Shown piece by piece: positions 11,536-25,591 of a stretch of DNA of 64,000 bases. The notes under the pieces are model-generated. The model did no database searches and was not told the origin of the DNA. It saw only the letters and a program-made list of their open reading frames with translations. The position numbers and the translations under genes were made by a program. The stretch comes from Stegostoma tigrinum. Its lineage: Eukaryota. The stretch lies in the NCBI RefSeq assembly GCF_030684315.1, contig NC_081366.1, forward strand, positions 44,120,078 through 44,184,077, in the 5' to 3' direction. The stretch's first letter is position 1. Each line of letters starts with the position of its first letter.

Positions 11536-13489
11536 AAAAACAAGAAAAACGTAATTAATGAATTGGAAGCTATTGAAAAACATGCCCGTAGACCTGAAAG
11601 TGCCCAAATTAAAAGTTATGCATATCATCCTTAAAAGTTAAATTTTCACAATTTAAAAAAAGCCTGGTTTCTTAGAGGCTTTGATGGGCATTAGTGTACT
11701 ATAATGAGGGCAGGGCAAAGCAAGGTGGGGTGGGGACAGTGATGAATGTAAGAAGAAAACAAAGCAAAGCAGAACAATGCTGCAAGCTGGGGTAGAAATT
11801 TGGGAACTAAAGCCGAAACATTGTGCAGAGTGAGTTTCTACACCACCTTTTACCCTGTTCAGTTGGCTGGAAGGCTGGTTTGCAAATTCTGACAAAGTCA
11901 AGTCAATATTCTCCCTCATGACATCCCATTTGCAACAAGTGAAACGCAATTCATGCGAGCACGCTAAAGAAATCTTTTGCCCCGAAAGCTGGTGTTGCAA
12001 ATAACACTCAAATGAAAATCATTATGTGGGGCAGAATCCATACGCCAGGTATAGATAAGTGTCAGAATTCCTAACAATACATTTTGTATGTAGGTATTTT
12101 CTAACCAATCTGGTCAGCAACACTACCTACATGGGGAGTAGATGGTTTTGAACCAAGCCTCCCATTCTAGAGGCAGAGACCCTATCACTGCACCAAAAGA
12201 CTACACATAATTATGATATTAAAAGGAGTGACAAAAAGAAGATTAACAATCCACTGTGTATTTGACATTTGTACTTTACTCGCCATTCTAATGCAAAGTG
12301 TACTACTAAATTCAAACATTGCCCAGTAGCTGTGGACCTGTAGCATCCTTATTCTATTTGCATTATGCCAGCTTCAGGATTACAAAACTCAAAAGTTTTG
12401 TACATTACACCACAGACACAGATTAAATGGTACTGAAATTTACCTATCACTGTGAATTGACCTCTTTGGCACTACAAACAACGTATCACATGAATAAAGC
12501 CAAAAAAATCTCATCCAGTTATTTAGAAAATGTCTCGCACATGTGACAAGATACACACATCAGATGTTGAATTTGTTATTCAGTCTTGTAGCTAGTAGAA
12601 AAAGGGAGATCAATACTCATTAAAATACAACAACATCTACAGGAGCTTAGACAAGAACATCAATAATAACTAGTTTCAAAAGATGAACGAAGGAGGCCAC
12701 TTGAATTAAGTGGTAACACCTATATTGAGCAAACAAATGCTTCAAGTGAGGCAAATAAAGTGCAACTGGCATTATCACTATGCAGAAACCAGTCAACACA
12801 CAAAATAAAAGCTTTAAATTTTAAAAAAAGCATGCAGCTGTCTTGATTGAATCAGTGTTACTATGTGGAGCGTTGCCTGCCAGCAGTTAACTTCCATAAA
12901 AACAGCCCACTCTTCCAGACATTTGAATATCATATTGCACAACTATTTGAAAGTAGCCCAATTACTGTGCAACTTAGCCGAGTGGTGATTAAAATACATT
13001 GCTGCTGTATTAAGTGATTTTTCTGATAAGTACACAAAATGTGTCATGAAGTAATGGTGTGTGTATGGAAAGTATTCAAACATATGTACTTGGTGATAGA
13101 GATGAGAATTTCATTATGTAACCACTACTAATGCATGTAATGTATTAAAATATTAAACCAGTTGAAATTTTTAAAAAGATATCTGAAAATGTTACACAAT
13201 TGTAATTACATTTCTGGATCACTGCCAGATTTTCTATCCTTCTTGCTCTGTTATTCTGATGCAAACTTTTACCCAAAGAGCCTTTATTTCTATATTTGAT
13301 TCATATTCTTATTACTACTTATTATAATAAGTCAATTAAAAAATCACTGCTGCCTTCCTTACAGACACTTGGAGAAGAATCAAAGCCTGGAAGTAATGCA
13401 CTGCCCAATTTAGTAAACATCCCTCAACCTCATCCATTGCAGATGATTTCAGTCAATTCACTTCACTTCACTAAGTGAAATATTCAACA

Positions 13490-13880
13490 AGGCTGCCGTA
13501 AAAAGGTGTACACAGCCTCTTTACTTTTACAGGCCGAATGTGAAAATGTTCCTCATTGTTTTATAAAACGTTGTTAGGCCTCAGCTGAAGTAATTCTGCA
13601 TGTTTTAGAGAGTATGTCAAATGATCAGAATGGCTTCAGAGGAGATGTACTAGAATGGTACTAGGACCAAATGACCCCAGATATACGGCAAGGCTAAAAA
13701 GAGCTGGGAACGTTTGCTTTCATGCAGAGGAATTTACAAGAAAACTTAGTATATACCATCAAGAATCCAGTTTCAAATAAAGTACTTTTCTGCAGGGTCC
13801 TGACTCGAAACATCATCTTTCCTGCTCCTCTGATGCTGCCTAGCCTGCTGTCTTCCTCCAGCTCCACACTGTGTTATCTC
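13490..13880 (+). mobile_element. Degenerate CR1 C-terminal fragment followed by a Penelope terminal fragment (13785-13880)
   Basis: 'ttataaaacgttgttaggcctcagctgaagt' (YKTL-RPQLE) then 'gggtcctgactcgaaacatcatctttcctgctcctctgatgctgc'. Confidence 0.6.
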
Positions 13881-14883
13881 TTATTAATGAATGAGAAACT
13901 GCAGAGGAGACAGTTTTCAAGTGAAAGCCTAAAGTAGTAGAAGGAAAAGGGGAGTGGGATGAATTGGCTAACACTCATTCAGCAAGCTCAAATCATTACC
14001 TTTCACGCTGTGATGGTTGTAATTAATGTAACTACTTCCATATTGTTTCCTTTTCTGCTGCAATACATCCCACCCTGCCAGCATTTTGCACCCCCCAGGA
14101 TAAAGGCCCACAGAATGTACCATTTCCACCCCTGGCAGCTGGTTGTTCAAACCTCAAATCACCCCCTGTAATGATCAGAATTCCCAATCTTCAATCCATT
14201 GACCCTCTAGTCACTGCTTGTTGGTGCCCACCTGCCACCATACCATCCTCTAAATTATCTTATTACTTCAGACTCTCAACTCTGCCCTCTTGTACTTCAC
14301 ACTCTGTTCTCCATGAAAAACTTTTACTCACCACTTCATTCATCCCATCATTCAATGCTCCCATTACCCATTAACGTAGTTGCCTCTCACCTGAAAAATG
14401 AGAAGCGGTCTTGAACATTAACTACTGGCCAATACTGGCAACCTGGCTATGATTAAAACTTGTACAGTAATGAAAGCAGAGACAAATTGGAGCTTGGCAT
14501 TTAAAAGCAATTACAACCAACCTTCAATTATCCACCATTAAAAAAAAATTATAAGCAGCTATAATTAACCCAATTTGCAATTTATAGCAACTAGCTTAAA
14601 AAACGTTAAATTAACAGTAAAATAACAATCACCATGCCCAAGGCACTTCCACTAGGACATAAAAACTATATACTGCAAAATACATAGGATGAATTTCACC
14701 GTGTTCTACTGTTGCCACTTTTCAGCAGAATTCTGCTAAACATCTGCCAAAGTTATGATAGTAAAACAAGATAATCTCCTGGGAAATTCATTTTCATGAA
14801 ATTTCTAAAAGAAGCTTATTGCAATAAACTTAGATGTTCAGACAATACCAGCTCACAGTAATTGCTTCAACAAAATTCAGTTC

Positions 14884-16490
14884 AATGAGGGGGAGGTGTG
14901 GCATTGTTGGTCAAGGACAGTATTACAGTTGCAGAAAGGATGTTTGAGGACTCATCAACTGAGGTAGTATGGGCTGAGTCTAGAAAAAGGAAAGCAGAGG
15001 TCACCCTGTTGGGAGTTTTATATAGGCCTCCAAATAGTTCCAAAGATGTACAGGAAAGGATAGCAAAGATGATTCTTGATAGGAGTGAGAAAGACAGGGT
15101 AGTTGTCATGGGGGACTTCAACTTTCCGAATATTGACTGGGAACACTATAGTTTGAGTACTATAGATGGGTCAGTTTTTGTCCAGCGTGTGCAGGAGGGC
15201 TTCCTGACACAGTGTGTAGACAGGCCAATTAGGGGCGGAGCCACATTAGATTTGGTACTGGGTAATGAGCCTGGCCAGGTGTTAGATTAAAAGTAAGTGA
15301 GCACTTTGGTGATAGCGATCACAATTCTGTTATGTTTACTTTAGTGATGGAAAGGGATAGGTGTATACCACTGGGCAAGAGTTATAGCTGGGGGAAAGGC
15401 AATTACAACGAGATTAGGCAAGATTTAGGGAGCATAGGATGGGGAAGGAAACTGCAGGGGATGGGCACATTAGAAATGTGGAGCTTATTCAAGGAAAAGC
15501 TCTTGTGTGTCCTAGATAAGTATGTACCTGTCAGGCAGGGAGAAAGCTGTAGAGCACAGGAGACATGGTTTACGAAGCAAGAAGAATCTCTGGTCAAGAG
15601 GAAGGTGGCAGCTTATGTTAGGATGAGATGTGAAGGCTCAGTTAGCGTGCTGGAGGGTTACAAGGTAGCCAGGAAAGACCTAAAAAGAGAGCTCAGAAGA
15701 GCCAGGAGGACACATGAGAAGTTGTTGGTGGATAGGATCAGGGTAAACCCAAAGGCTTTCTATAGCTATTTAAGGAATAAAAGAATGACGAGAGTAAGAT
15801 TAAGGCCAATCAAGGATAGTAGTGGGAAGTTGTGTGTGGAGTCAGAGGAGATAGAGGAGGCACTAAATGAATATTTTTCGACAGTATTCACTTTAGAAAA
15901 TGACAATGTTGTCAGAGAGAATACTGAGATCCAGGCTGCTAGACCAGGTGGGATTGAGGTTCACAAGGAAGAGGTATTAGAAATCCTACAGAGTGTGTAG
16001 ATAGATAAGTCCCCTGGGCCAGATAGGATTTATCCTAGGATCCTCTGGGAAGGCAGGGAGGAGATTGCTGAGCCTTTGGCATTGATCTTTAACTCATCAT
16101 TGTCTACAGGAATAGTGCCAGATGACTGGAGGATAGCAAATGTGGTTCCCCTGTTCAAGAAGGGGAGTAGAGACAACCCTGGTAATTATAGACCGGTGAG
16201 CCTTACCTCAGTTGTTGGTAAAGTGTTGGAAAAGGTTATAACGGATAGGATTTATCATCTAGAAAAGAATAATTTGATTAGAGATAGTCAGCACGGTTTT
16301 GTGAAGGGTAGGGCATGCCTCACAAACCTTATTGAGTTCTTTGAGAAGGTGACCAAACAGGTAGATGAGAGTAAACCGGTTGATGTGGTGTATATGGATT
16401 TCAGCAAGGCGTTCGATAAAGTTCCCCACAGTAGGCTATTGTACAAAATGCGGAGGAATGGGATTATGAGAGATATAGCAGTTTGGATCA
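14884..16490 (+). mobile_element. Relatively young CR1 LINE ORF2 fragment (AP endonuclease, linker, RT N-terminus), disrupted
   Basis: ORFs 14898..15290 (YRPPN, GDFNFPNIDW, LDLVLGNE), 15332..16000 (NPKAFY) and 16076..16549 (NYRPVSLTSVVGK, QHGFVKGRACLTNL, DFSKAFDKVPH). Stop/frameshift near 15290 and stop at 16000. Confidence 0.95.
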
Positions 16491-17664
16491 AATTTACCAA
16501 ATTCATATCCGAAGGGAACATAAGAACTCTTGAGGGTAGGGGAAGATAAGAGAGTCTGGTCCTTTCTACAAGCTTAAAAAGGGAGGGCAGATAAAGCTCC
16601 TAACACTTGCAATAAGTGTTACTTCAGGATAGGAGGAGTGCAGGACTGAAGATAAGTTCCTGCAGCTAGTGGACTCTCACCCTTATTTGAATTAGTTCTA
16701 ACTGTCTCCATTCAATGTCAGAGGGGAGCATATCAACACGGACATTCAGGAGAGCTGGATGCTTTCAATTAATATTGGGGAATAGAAAATGCTAAAGACA
16801 GATGCTGGGAGGAGGGGGTGGAAGGGCAAGGACAAGATTTACAAGACAGAACCAGACTCTCTTTTCTATTTTAAAATGATTGCAATTTTTGGCCCATTTG
16901 ATGGCATCTTCAGTATTTCACATCTGCTTTCTAGCAATGAAAACAAAAACATACACTAGATCAATCATTTGCCGATTCAAAAATATCCTCACTAAAACTA
17001 AAACATATTGTTAAGTTCTGACATAAGGTGCAGAATGCATTAGCTATCCAGCACTATTATTGTAAATGACTGAAATATTGAGTCATGCAGTACAGGTGCA
17101 GGCTTCAATGACTGTTGAGGGAAACAAGGGTGCAAATTTGAGATTCTAAACAGCAGTTTTCTCACTGTTTTGGAATGGTGACAGAACTCAGATTGAAAAG
17201 GTTAAAACTCTCCTGAAATGTAGAAAGATATAATTAATATCTTAAAATAATAAAAAATGTTTTTTTGCTTAATGTTGTATGTCTACCTAACACTGGTGAC
17301 AGAGAAACTTTTAGGAAATAATCTCGGACAAAAATAATTAGCATTAAGGAGATTAGCCCATCTATAAACAGGTGGTTGGCGATGCTGACAAAATAAGTGC
17401 CAACTTAATTTGCCTTAATCTTGGACAAAACTACAGGATAATTAATGAACATTGTCATGGATACATTCAAGACCAACCTTTTTGACCAATAGGATTTTGT
17501 TCTTTGATGAAGCATTGGTGAGGGTATTGGCAAAGTCACCATGTCAGTTTATACTATCATCTTTCATAGATTAGATAATAAACAGAATATGCAATTCAAG
17601 TCAGCAACGTGTGAGGTAACACAAGTTCAATCAGAAGCATGAGACAATACAGAACCAAAGATTT

Positions 17665-18140
17665 TAGCAAATGTTTGTAGCGTGGATTCTGGGGGAGGTT
17701 GTCGACTTGCTTGCTGAGCTGGCGGGTTTTCATTCAGACATTCATCACCATGCCAGTTAACATCAGTGAAGTCGCCAATGAAGCGATGTTGTTCTACTCC
17801 GCTTGGAGCTTAAACTGTCTCGTCTGTTATGGTGAGTAGTGTCATTTCCAGCTTTGATCTGTATGGTGTCCAATTCTATTGGTTTGTTGGTTGCATTACG
17901 ATTGAGAAACATGCCTCTAGAAATTCCTGTACGACTTTGTTTGGCTTGGGCTACTATGGTCACATTGTCCCAGTTAAACTGGTGGCCTTCATTGTCTGAG
18001 TGCGCTGATATTAGGGAAAATTAGTTGTATCTTTTTGCTGCTAGCTGATGTTCATGTACACTGATGGAAAGTTTCTTTCCTATATGTCCAATTTAATGTT
18101 TGCGGCAGTCATTGCATGGTATTTTATAAAATCCTAACAG
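17665..18140 (-). mobile_element. Penelope-like element (second family), GIY-YIG endonuclease C-terminus and terminal repeat
   Basis: Minus strand translates to YKIPCNDCRKH*IGHIGKKLSISVHEHQLAAK, matching the PLE GIY-YIG pattern YxIPCxxC..YIG.T.R.L..R..EH. Confidence 0.8.
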
Positions 18141-18513
18141 GACTGGACTGTTTACATGTTTCTATGAGATAGCCTCTCATTCTAAATTCCAGTGAGTACA
18201 AGCCCAGCTGATCCAATCCTCATCAGTTCTGCCATCCCATGAATCAGTCTGGTGAATCTTCGCTGGGCTCCATCAAAACCAGGAGAGCAGAACTGGACTC
18301 AATACTCAAGGGGTGACCTTACCACAGGCCTGTCTAATTGCAGCAAGACAACTTTACTCCAATACTTAAACCTTCCCACTACGAAAGCCAGTATACCATT
18401 AGCTTACCTCACCACCTTCTGTCCCTACATGCCTGCCTTTAGAGACTGTTCCACCATGATACCCAGGTGTCATTGCATCTTACCGTTTCCAAAACTGCCA
18501 CCATTCAGATAAT

Positions 18514-18745
18514 AGATAATAAAATGTGAGGCTGGATGAACACAGCAGGCCAAGCAGCATCTCAGGAGCACAAAAGCTGACGTTTCGGGCCTAGACCCTT
18601 CATCAGAGACCCTCTGATGAAGGGTCTAGGCCCGAAACGTCAGCTTTTGTGCTCCTGAGATGCTGCTTGGCCTGCTGTGTTCATCCAGCCTCACATTTTA
18701 TTATCTTGGATTCTCCAGCATCTGCAGTTCCCATTATCACTCACT
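18514..18745. mobile_element. Young palindromic Penelope-derived element: perfect 95-bp inverted arms, 15-bp TSD, hammerhead-like motif
   Basis: Arms 18514-18608 and 18612-18706 are exact reverse complements with loop acc. TSD caccattcagataat at 18499-18513 and 18746-18760. Confidence 0.92.
18612..18644 (+). ncRNA. Minimal hammerhead ribozyme motif (mirrored on the minus strand at 18576-18608)
   Basis: ct-CTGATGA-a-gggt/ctag/gccc-GAAA-C-GTC-ag: conserved core, short stem II, palindromic ACGT stem III and GUC cleavage triplet, as in PLE-associated minimal hammerheads. Activity not demonstrated. Confidence 0.7.
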
Positions 18746-19950
18746 CACCATTCAGATAATAATTTGCCTTCCTGTTTTTGCAACCAAAGTGAATAACCTC
18801 AGATTTATCTATGTGATGTTGCATTTGCCAAATATTTTCACACTCAGCCAGTCTGTCCAAGTCACCTGGCAGCCCTTTGACATCCTCCTCACAACACACA
18901 CTGCCACCAGCTTAGTGTCATCTGCAAATTTGGAGATATGGCACTTGATTCCTTCATTCATAGATAATGTATATCACAAACAGCTGGGGACCCAACAAAA
19001 AACCTTGAGGCTGCCCATTTTTCATTACTTGCCACTCTGAATAGGACCAGTTTACTCCAAATTTCTGCTGCCTGTCTTCCAACCTGTTCCTTATCTATCA
19101 CAATACATTACCTCTGGGGTTTTCCTTGTTAATCATGGCCAAGCATCTACATCAGTGCCATATTTTTCAACGTAATCAGTACACAAAAATCTATTAACCT
19201 GCCTCGAACTTAAAATGATTGGAGCAGAGAATTCCAAAGATTAACCACCCAGTTTCTCATCAGTAATAAGTTACTTGACTTGTATTCAAGACTGTCTCCT
19301 GATTCCACATATGATTGACAGGGAAAACATCTTTTCAGCATCTATTCTGTTCATCCCCTTTTAAGAACTTTTAAAAGTTTAAGATTGCATCGCACTTTCT
19401 AAATACCCAAAAATACAAGCCACTTTCCTCAGTTACTCCTAAGGACATTCCCACCATCTCAGGAATGAGTCATGAATCTCTACTACACTTCTGTGGCTAG
19501 TATAGTTTTCCTTAAGCAAGACAACTAGAACTGCACATACCTCTCCAGGTGTGATCTATTCAGTGTTCTATGCAATTGAAGGCAGACAAATTTACTGATA
19601 ATACTCAGATCCTTTTGTGATAAAAGCTAAAATACTATTTGACTTCAGAATTGTTTGGTGCAGCTGTACGTTTTTAGTGTACTATGTACAAGGACAGCTA
19701 GGTCCCTGCAGATATCACTATTAACTGGCTGCAAAGTGCTTTGAGGTGTCCAATAGTAGTGAAGAATTAGTTTTTCCTTTCCACTTTCTTGATGTTTGAA
19801 ACATCATCTTCTTTGGCAAACCACTTGCAGTGTACTCCTTTGTAGCCTCAGCCATACTATATTTCCAATCAATTAATTTTTTTCTTCTATAAAATCAACC
19901 CCATCGTTTTATAGATTTACCTTTGATATTACTCACTTATTCATCATTTA

Positions 19951-20263
19951 CAGAATCATAGAATCCCTACAGAATGGAAACAGGCCCTTCAGCTCAACAA
20001 GTCCATAGTGAACCTCAGAGCATCCCACCCCGATCCATCCCCTATAACCCACCTAATCTACACATTCCTGAAAACTGTGCGCAATTAGTATGGCCAATCC
20101 ACCGAGCCTGCACATCTTTGGACTGTGGGAGGGAACTGGAGCAAACCCACGCAGACACAGGGAGAAATGTACCAACTCCGTGCAGACAGTCGTCCGAGGC
20201 TGGAATCGAACTCAAGTCCCTGGCACTGTGAGGCAGCAGTCCTATCCACTGTGCCAGCTATTT
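19951..20263 (-). mobile_element. HE1-type V-SINE
   Basis: Reverse complement of the V-SINE core ('gcacatctttggactgtgggaggga...acccacgcagacacagggagaaatgt') with tRNA-like head. Confidence 0.88.
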
Positions 20264-21654
20264 CACCCCTCATTTCATTTTTCTACACTGCACTTTCTGG
20301 ATTCAACTTGATTAACTAGTGTTGAGAATAACATTTATCACAACTATTTTGAAAGAAAATACAAAAAAAGTCAGGAAACTAGTTCCATCCTTTCAATTCT
20401 GAAACTAGATTTGAACAGTTCAAATCAGGAAAAAAATAAATGTATCAGTTAGCTAAGCAAGTTTTATAGACAATGAGGTCAAGTTATCTCAATTTAGTGG
20501 ATGATCACATATCTACAACTCAAAAATATTCAATTCTCACCTTGGTACTGCAACGTAGAAGTGACTTAAAATTACACAAGTTCAAAAACCATTAGCCAGT
20601 GTTGAGTAAGACTAAATTGTGAAAGGGAATATTATAGATGACAACTCAAATTAAAAACAAAATTCAGGTAATCAGTATGTCACACAGCGTCTAGACAGTT
20701 ATGATAGGAATACTTAATACTGACCGAGTAAAAACCTCAGGGATTCCCTGAAGAGAATTTTATATCTTATCTTCAGGCTAAGATCTGCCATGTGCCCAAC
20801 TGGAAGTTTCCAGATCTTTTAAATCTAACTAGATCAGATACATCCAGGTACTGTCACAGAAAAAAAAATGTCCGAGTTCTTCATATTTCTGTGTAAATTT
20901 TAAAGCTAAAATCTTCAAGGGTTAGTCAGCTATCAGCTTTGGGCTTCATTCATTGCTCAAAGTTAGACAATCAATGACCAGGTTGCAGTTCTGATCTGGA
21001 AATTAGCTGATCTCGCCCAGAATGGGCCCAGGCTACTCAGAGCAGAACAATTCCAGTTAATTGCCTCTAGCACGTCAAGCTTTTTAAAAAAAATCCCCAC
21101 TGCTGAGGAGTATCATAGGAATTCCTTGTAGGAGCACACATCATGTAAAGACAGGATAAGGCTCTTACTGTGATTTCTTTCCACCCTAACAACGAAAACT
21201 ATATCAGATACAATGTTTCTCGGGGCTGGCGGGGTGGGGCGGGGGGGGGGGGGGGATATTAAATTATAAACAGCAAGCAAGGTTGCTCAAAATGCCAGAA
21301 ATTATTCAATTGATTTTAAAAGACAAAAAAAGGAATATAGTTGGAACAAAATTGACCAAAATTCAAACTGAAGGGAAGTGCTCAAAAGTTACAAACAATT
21401 ACCGTTACTCAATAAAATCTGAGTGTTGCTATGGAAGTGAAAACTTCATTCTACTTGAGCACCTACATTATACTCCTGTGGCTATGCATCAGCCAGCAAT
21501 TCCGTACCAGTCAAATGTACCTAGTTACATCAGAGGAAGATAGCAAAAGCTTTAACCAATTGGAATTGTTATTTGGGTGCACTACTAAAGCTTTACAATG
21601 AAGGGCATTCAATGTTTAACACCAAAAATCTAATCCATAACCACTACACTAATT

Positions 21655-21870
21655 TAGTTGCTAAGTGACTAGGCTAACAGAGGAAGGGAGGACAAATCCC
21701 ACATGGTCAGTTTGAGGATTTGAATTCAATCGAAAGAAAAAAAATGAACAAACACCTGGAAAGCAGCAGTGTAATAATGTAGCTGTAAAATTGGCATTAA
21801 AAATTGATTCATTAGTTTCTTTAGAAGTATTGCCCTTATCCAGTCTAACCTGTATGCACGTCAATTGTAT
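21655..21870 (+). mobile_element. Degenerate tRNA-derived SINE
   Basis: 'caaatcccacatggtcagtttgaggatttgaattcaat...gctgtaaaattggcattaaaaattgattcattagtttctttagaag'. Confidence 0.5.
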
Positions 21871-22279
21871 GTTAAATTGTTACTACTATAGAAATGTATT
21901 GAATGTGACAAATAAATAACTTGTACTGTGTGGCATGCAACTGAACCTTAAAAGTATATTTTGGTTGTATAGTGATGTATCAGGCCATATGGCAATGGAA
22001 ATGCAGTTGTACCCTTATTGGCCTGGATTTTGCATAAATCAGCCATTGTAATAGATTAATTTGAACAACATCTACATGTGGGCAGTGAAAACGTGCCAGA
22101 GGGTTAGTGGGGTAAAGCTATTGAGACTGGAATAGTGCTCAGGAAACATGGGTTTGGAGGTGACCATAGAAGATGGTAAAATCTGAATCAATGAAAACTT
22201 GGAATTAAAAGCTAACCTACTTATGAAACAACATATCTGAAAGAAATGTCAAACTTAGCCAGCCTGGCCTAGATTACAG

Positions 22280-22445
22280 TAACAGTCAGATTGATACAGC
22301 ACAGAAACAGAGTCCTCAGTCCAATTTGTCTGCACTAACCAGACCATGTCAATCTGACCTAGTCCCAATTGCAAGCATTTGGCCCATTTTCCTTTAAATT
22401 CTACTGTTTCATTACCCACACAAATGCCTTTCAAATGTTATACAA
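22280..22445 (-). mobile_element. CR1 3' UTR fragment
   Basis: 'acagcacagaaacag...tagtcccaattgcaagcatttggcccat...aaatgcctttcaaatgtt' similar to 39885-40050. Confidence 0.6.
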
Positions 22446-25400
22446 AGCACAAATTGTTCACCCAGAAAACTCAGGAATTTTAAAAATCATCTTACAGTGT
22501 GAAGGGAATATTCTGTAGTGACCCGCAGATCATCGTGCACAGTTTTCAACTGTGCTGAACAATTTATAAAGTGCTAACAACACATTTATGATAACCAGAT
22601 CCAAAAAGAGGCCTCCCAATGCATTATGGTTCTAAATAGGATAGCCAAGCTTAAACTCCCAGATTGGACAGAAGGGCTGAAATGGCTCTGCTACTTTGTG
22701 TCCACTGTCTCAGGTTGTAACAAAGATTCCTTGCCTTTTGGACACCTCTCCCCAAATTCAAATGAATGTGTTTAAAAACAGCCACTTAACCAGGCATTCT
22801 TGAATTAACAAAGAGATAATTAACTAGAATTAGTAATTATAAAATGAGAAGAGAACATAATAAAACATAGAAGGTTAGGATTTTTTTGTACAGTCTCTAT
22901 TTTTCATTAACAATGGATAATTGCCACCACTGAAATGGCAGTACCAGTAACTTTGATATTGAAAGATGGTCATTTTTCATATTTTTGTAGGTTGACTAAA
23001 GTTTCTTCATCCTACTGTTTTCTAAAAAAAACTGGTTTTCAGCACTCATGTTGCATGTAAATACTTCAATCTAGGGATAACAAGAGAGATATCTTTTGAC
23101 CTTCACAGTATGCTATAATTTGAATGCAGGCTGATACATAGAACAATCAGTCTCACATCATCCACTACAGTAGTGTCAAAAACTGTTTCAAAAGCAAGTC
23201 TGTCTTTTCCCTTTTTTAGTCCAAGAGGGTTAAATAGACATGTCTGCAAGAGGTGACAATGTGGGAAGATATAGTGCCTCCTCATTCTTTCTCCATTGAA
23301 GTTTTCTTGACAACATACACATGCGACACTTTGTGGGTTTTACACAGGACTCATCCAGTCAGTGAAGTTAAATCTGCAACTTTCCTTGCTGAAGTTCTCC
23401 TCTCAGAATTAAAAAGCAAAAATGTTTCAATGTACACTTTGGGGTTCTGTTCCATCATCACATTTGCCCTATTTTCCACTTTCAACCTAGTACTAACTCT
23501 CGAACTTAATGTTATACAAATATTTTTTGCAGTAGATTGTTTTAATGCAAGTATTCAAAATAAATCACTAAACACCTGAGAAAACTTGTGTTCATAATAA
23601 CAATTATCCAAGTTCCTTTCCGTCTTCAGACTTTTATTTAAAACCCTCAAAAAAGAATGAATATCTAACATTTTAATGAAAGGAAACAATAATTTTTAAA
23701 GAAAAGAAAAGAAAAATCACAAACTAGCCAACTGCTGTTGAATGAAATCCAGCAAAGCCTTTGACTGTTGCTTGGCTAGTGTTAAAATTGAGATCTTTCA
23801 TTACAAGTGGAGAAGACATGCTCTGGATTACCTCAGCGCCACAAGCACAACACAAGTGTGAAATCACTTGCCTTGAAGTGAAAGGTGTTTCAAATACTCT
23901 TTGCCAAACATAAATTCATAACCCGTTGATTTGTGCCCAGCTATGCAACAGCTGCAATCTCAGTTTAAGCTAAAATGCATATCCATCCAAATCATTTACA
24001 CTTAAATTGTGCAGATGAGTCTTCCCACTCCTGTAAAGTAAAACGTAATATTGGGCTAGCGGCTTTAAAATCAGCAGCCATTCCAAATAAGTAACATCAA
24101 GCTGACTATAAAACAAAATCCCCACTATTTCTAGATTCTCATGAACAATGTGTTGCTCCTGTTTGATGCTAAGGCAAAAGTCTGTTTTAGGGTGTGCGCG
24201 CAGTGGAAGAACTAAAATTAGGTCAAATTAAATTCAAATCAATCATTAGAATTTAGTTCAAGTTCCCATACAAAGCAACAAAGAGGAGCTAATAAATTAT
24301 CACCATACTGTGTTCTTGTACCCCTGCCCCCAACAACGATGAACCCAAATGCAATCTAACAGCTGCTCACTGCTCAAGCAAACACTGCCATATGGTTACT
24401 AATTAACCACTATATCTATATAATGAAGGCACAGGAAAACAATGCAATTTTCACTATCTTTAAATAGTGTTGCAATTTAAATAAGATTCTAAGATTGACT
24501 TCATCTCAATATGTAAATTTCCAGTTGTGGACAGCTTTTATACTTGCTACACACCGCACACACATTTTATTTCTTTTTGACTTCCTCTGTCCCACCACAC
24601 ATTTACATTTTCTTTTCTTCCTCTTCTGAATTATAATTCAAGTTTAGGTGACATATCCTAAGTTCTACTTGCTTTTTTGCTGCATTACCACCTGTACAGG
24701 GGACTTAAAATTCAGGTGACCATCTATCCACCATTGCCACAGAATTGTGAAATTTCTGTTCTAAAAAGTGGATTCCTGGCCCTTGGCTAAAAAAAAGAAT
24801 TTGTTCCTCGTCTCAACAAAGGAGCAACACTATCCACTTCTAAAATTCAAAGTTCAGCCGTCATTTCAGGAATCTGCACCTACACATGGTACATACTCAA
24901 AAACTTTCAATATACTAGGAAAGTCTCTTTTTATATTTGGTGCTAATCATGCAGATGGTGAATTCTTGAAATTAACAGGGATGACAGTATTAATCCAAAA
25001 ATAAATCACTCCTCTCTGTATTTGGAATTCACTGAGCCATTGGTGCAGCGACAGATGATTTTGGTCCCAAACCAAGATTAGATCATCCACCCATTGTGTC
25101 TGAACCATTATTTTGTTAACCACAGCAGAGCTATTTTTGTAAACCCAATTGTTCACCTTTTTCAATTAGCTTCTGAAACTTGGCAGGTACAAGTATCAGT
25201 GTCACTTTTAAACATGTTGTTTGATTCGGCAGCTACTTTCTATTCCACAGCCAATTTCACAATCTTTTGTGAAAAAGAAACCTTTCCGGATTCAATTTTA
25301 AACAGGCCTTGTTTGAATTTTTATTGAAAAATGCATCCATTCTCTTAACTGGATAAAAATATGGAGTGTCACCTTACTAGTGAATTACTACCAGAATCTA

Positions 25401-25591
25401 GAAAACAAATACTTTAAGAAGTCATATTTAGCAAATGCCCAATCTACTTAGTCTCATTGTACAATAACAGTAGCACTCTGTTTATTGTTCCTTTGCGTTT
25501 TATCACTTGTATTTAAGTGTGTAATAGCTTGAAAATACCCCTCATTTTGAAACAAAAATCAAGCCATTTCTATGAAGAGTTACAATGTAAC

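Larger units (their letters stand above)
18150..19720 (-). mobile_element. CR1 LINE RT/3' fragments (two degenerate copies), hosting the 18514-18745 insertion
   Basis: 'gtgtcatctgcaaatttgg' (reverse KFADDT), 'aactggactcaatactcaagg' (reverse LEYxVQF), second copy at ~19130-19720. Confidence 0.8.

Noticed and set aside
14898-16549. Endonuclease plus reverse transcriptase as a novel RT system
   Set aside because: Ordinary CR1 LINE ORF2 with stops and a frameshift.
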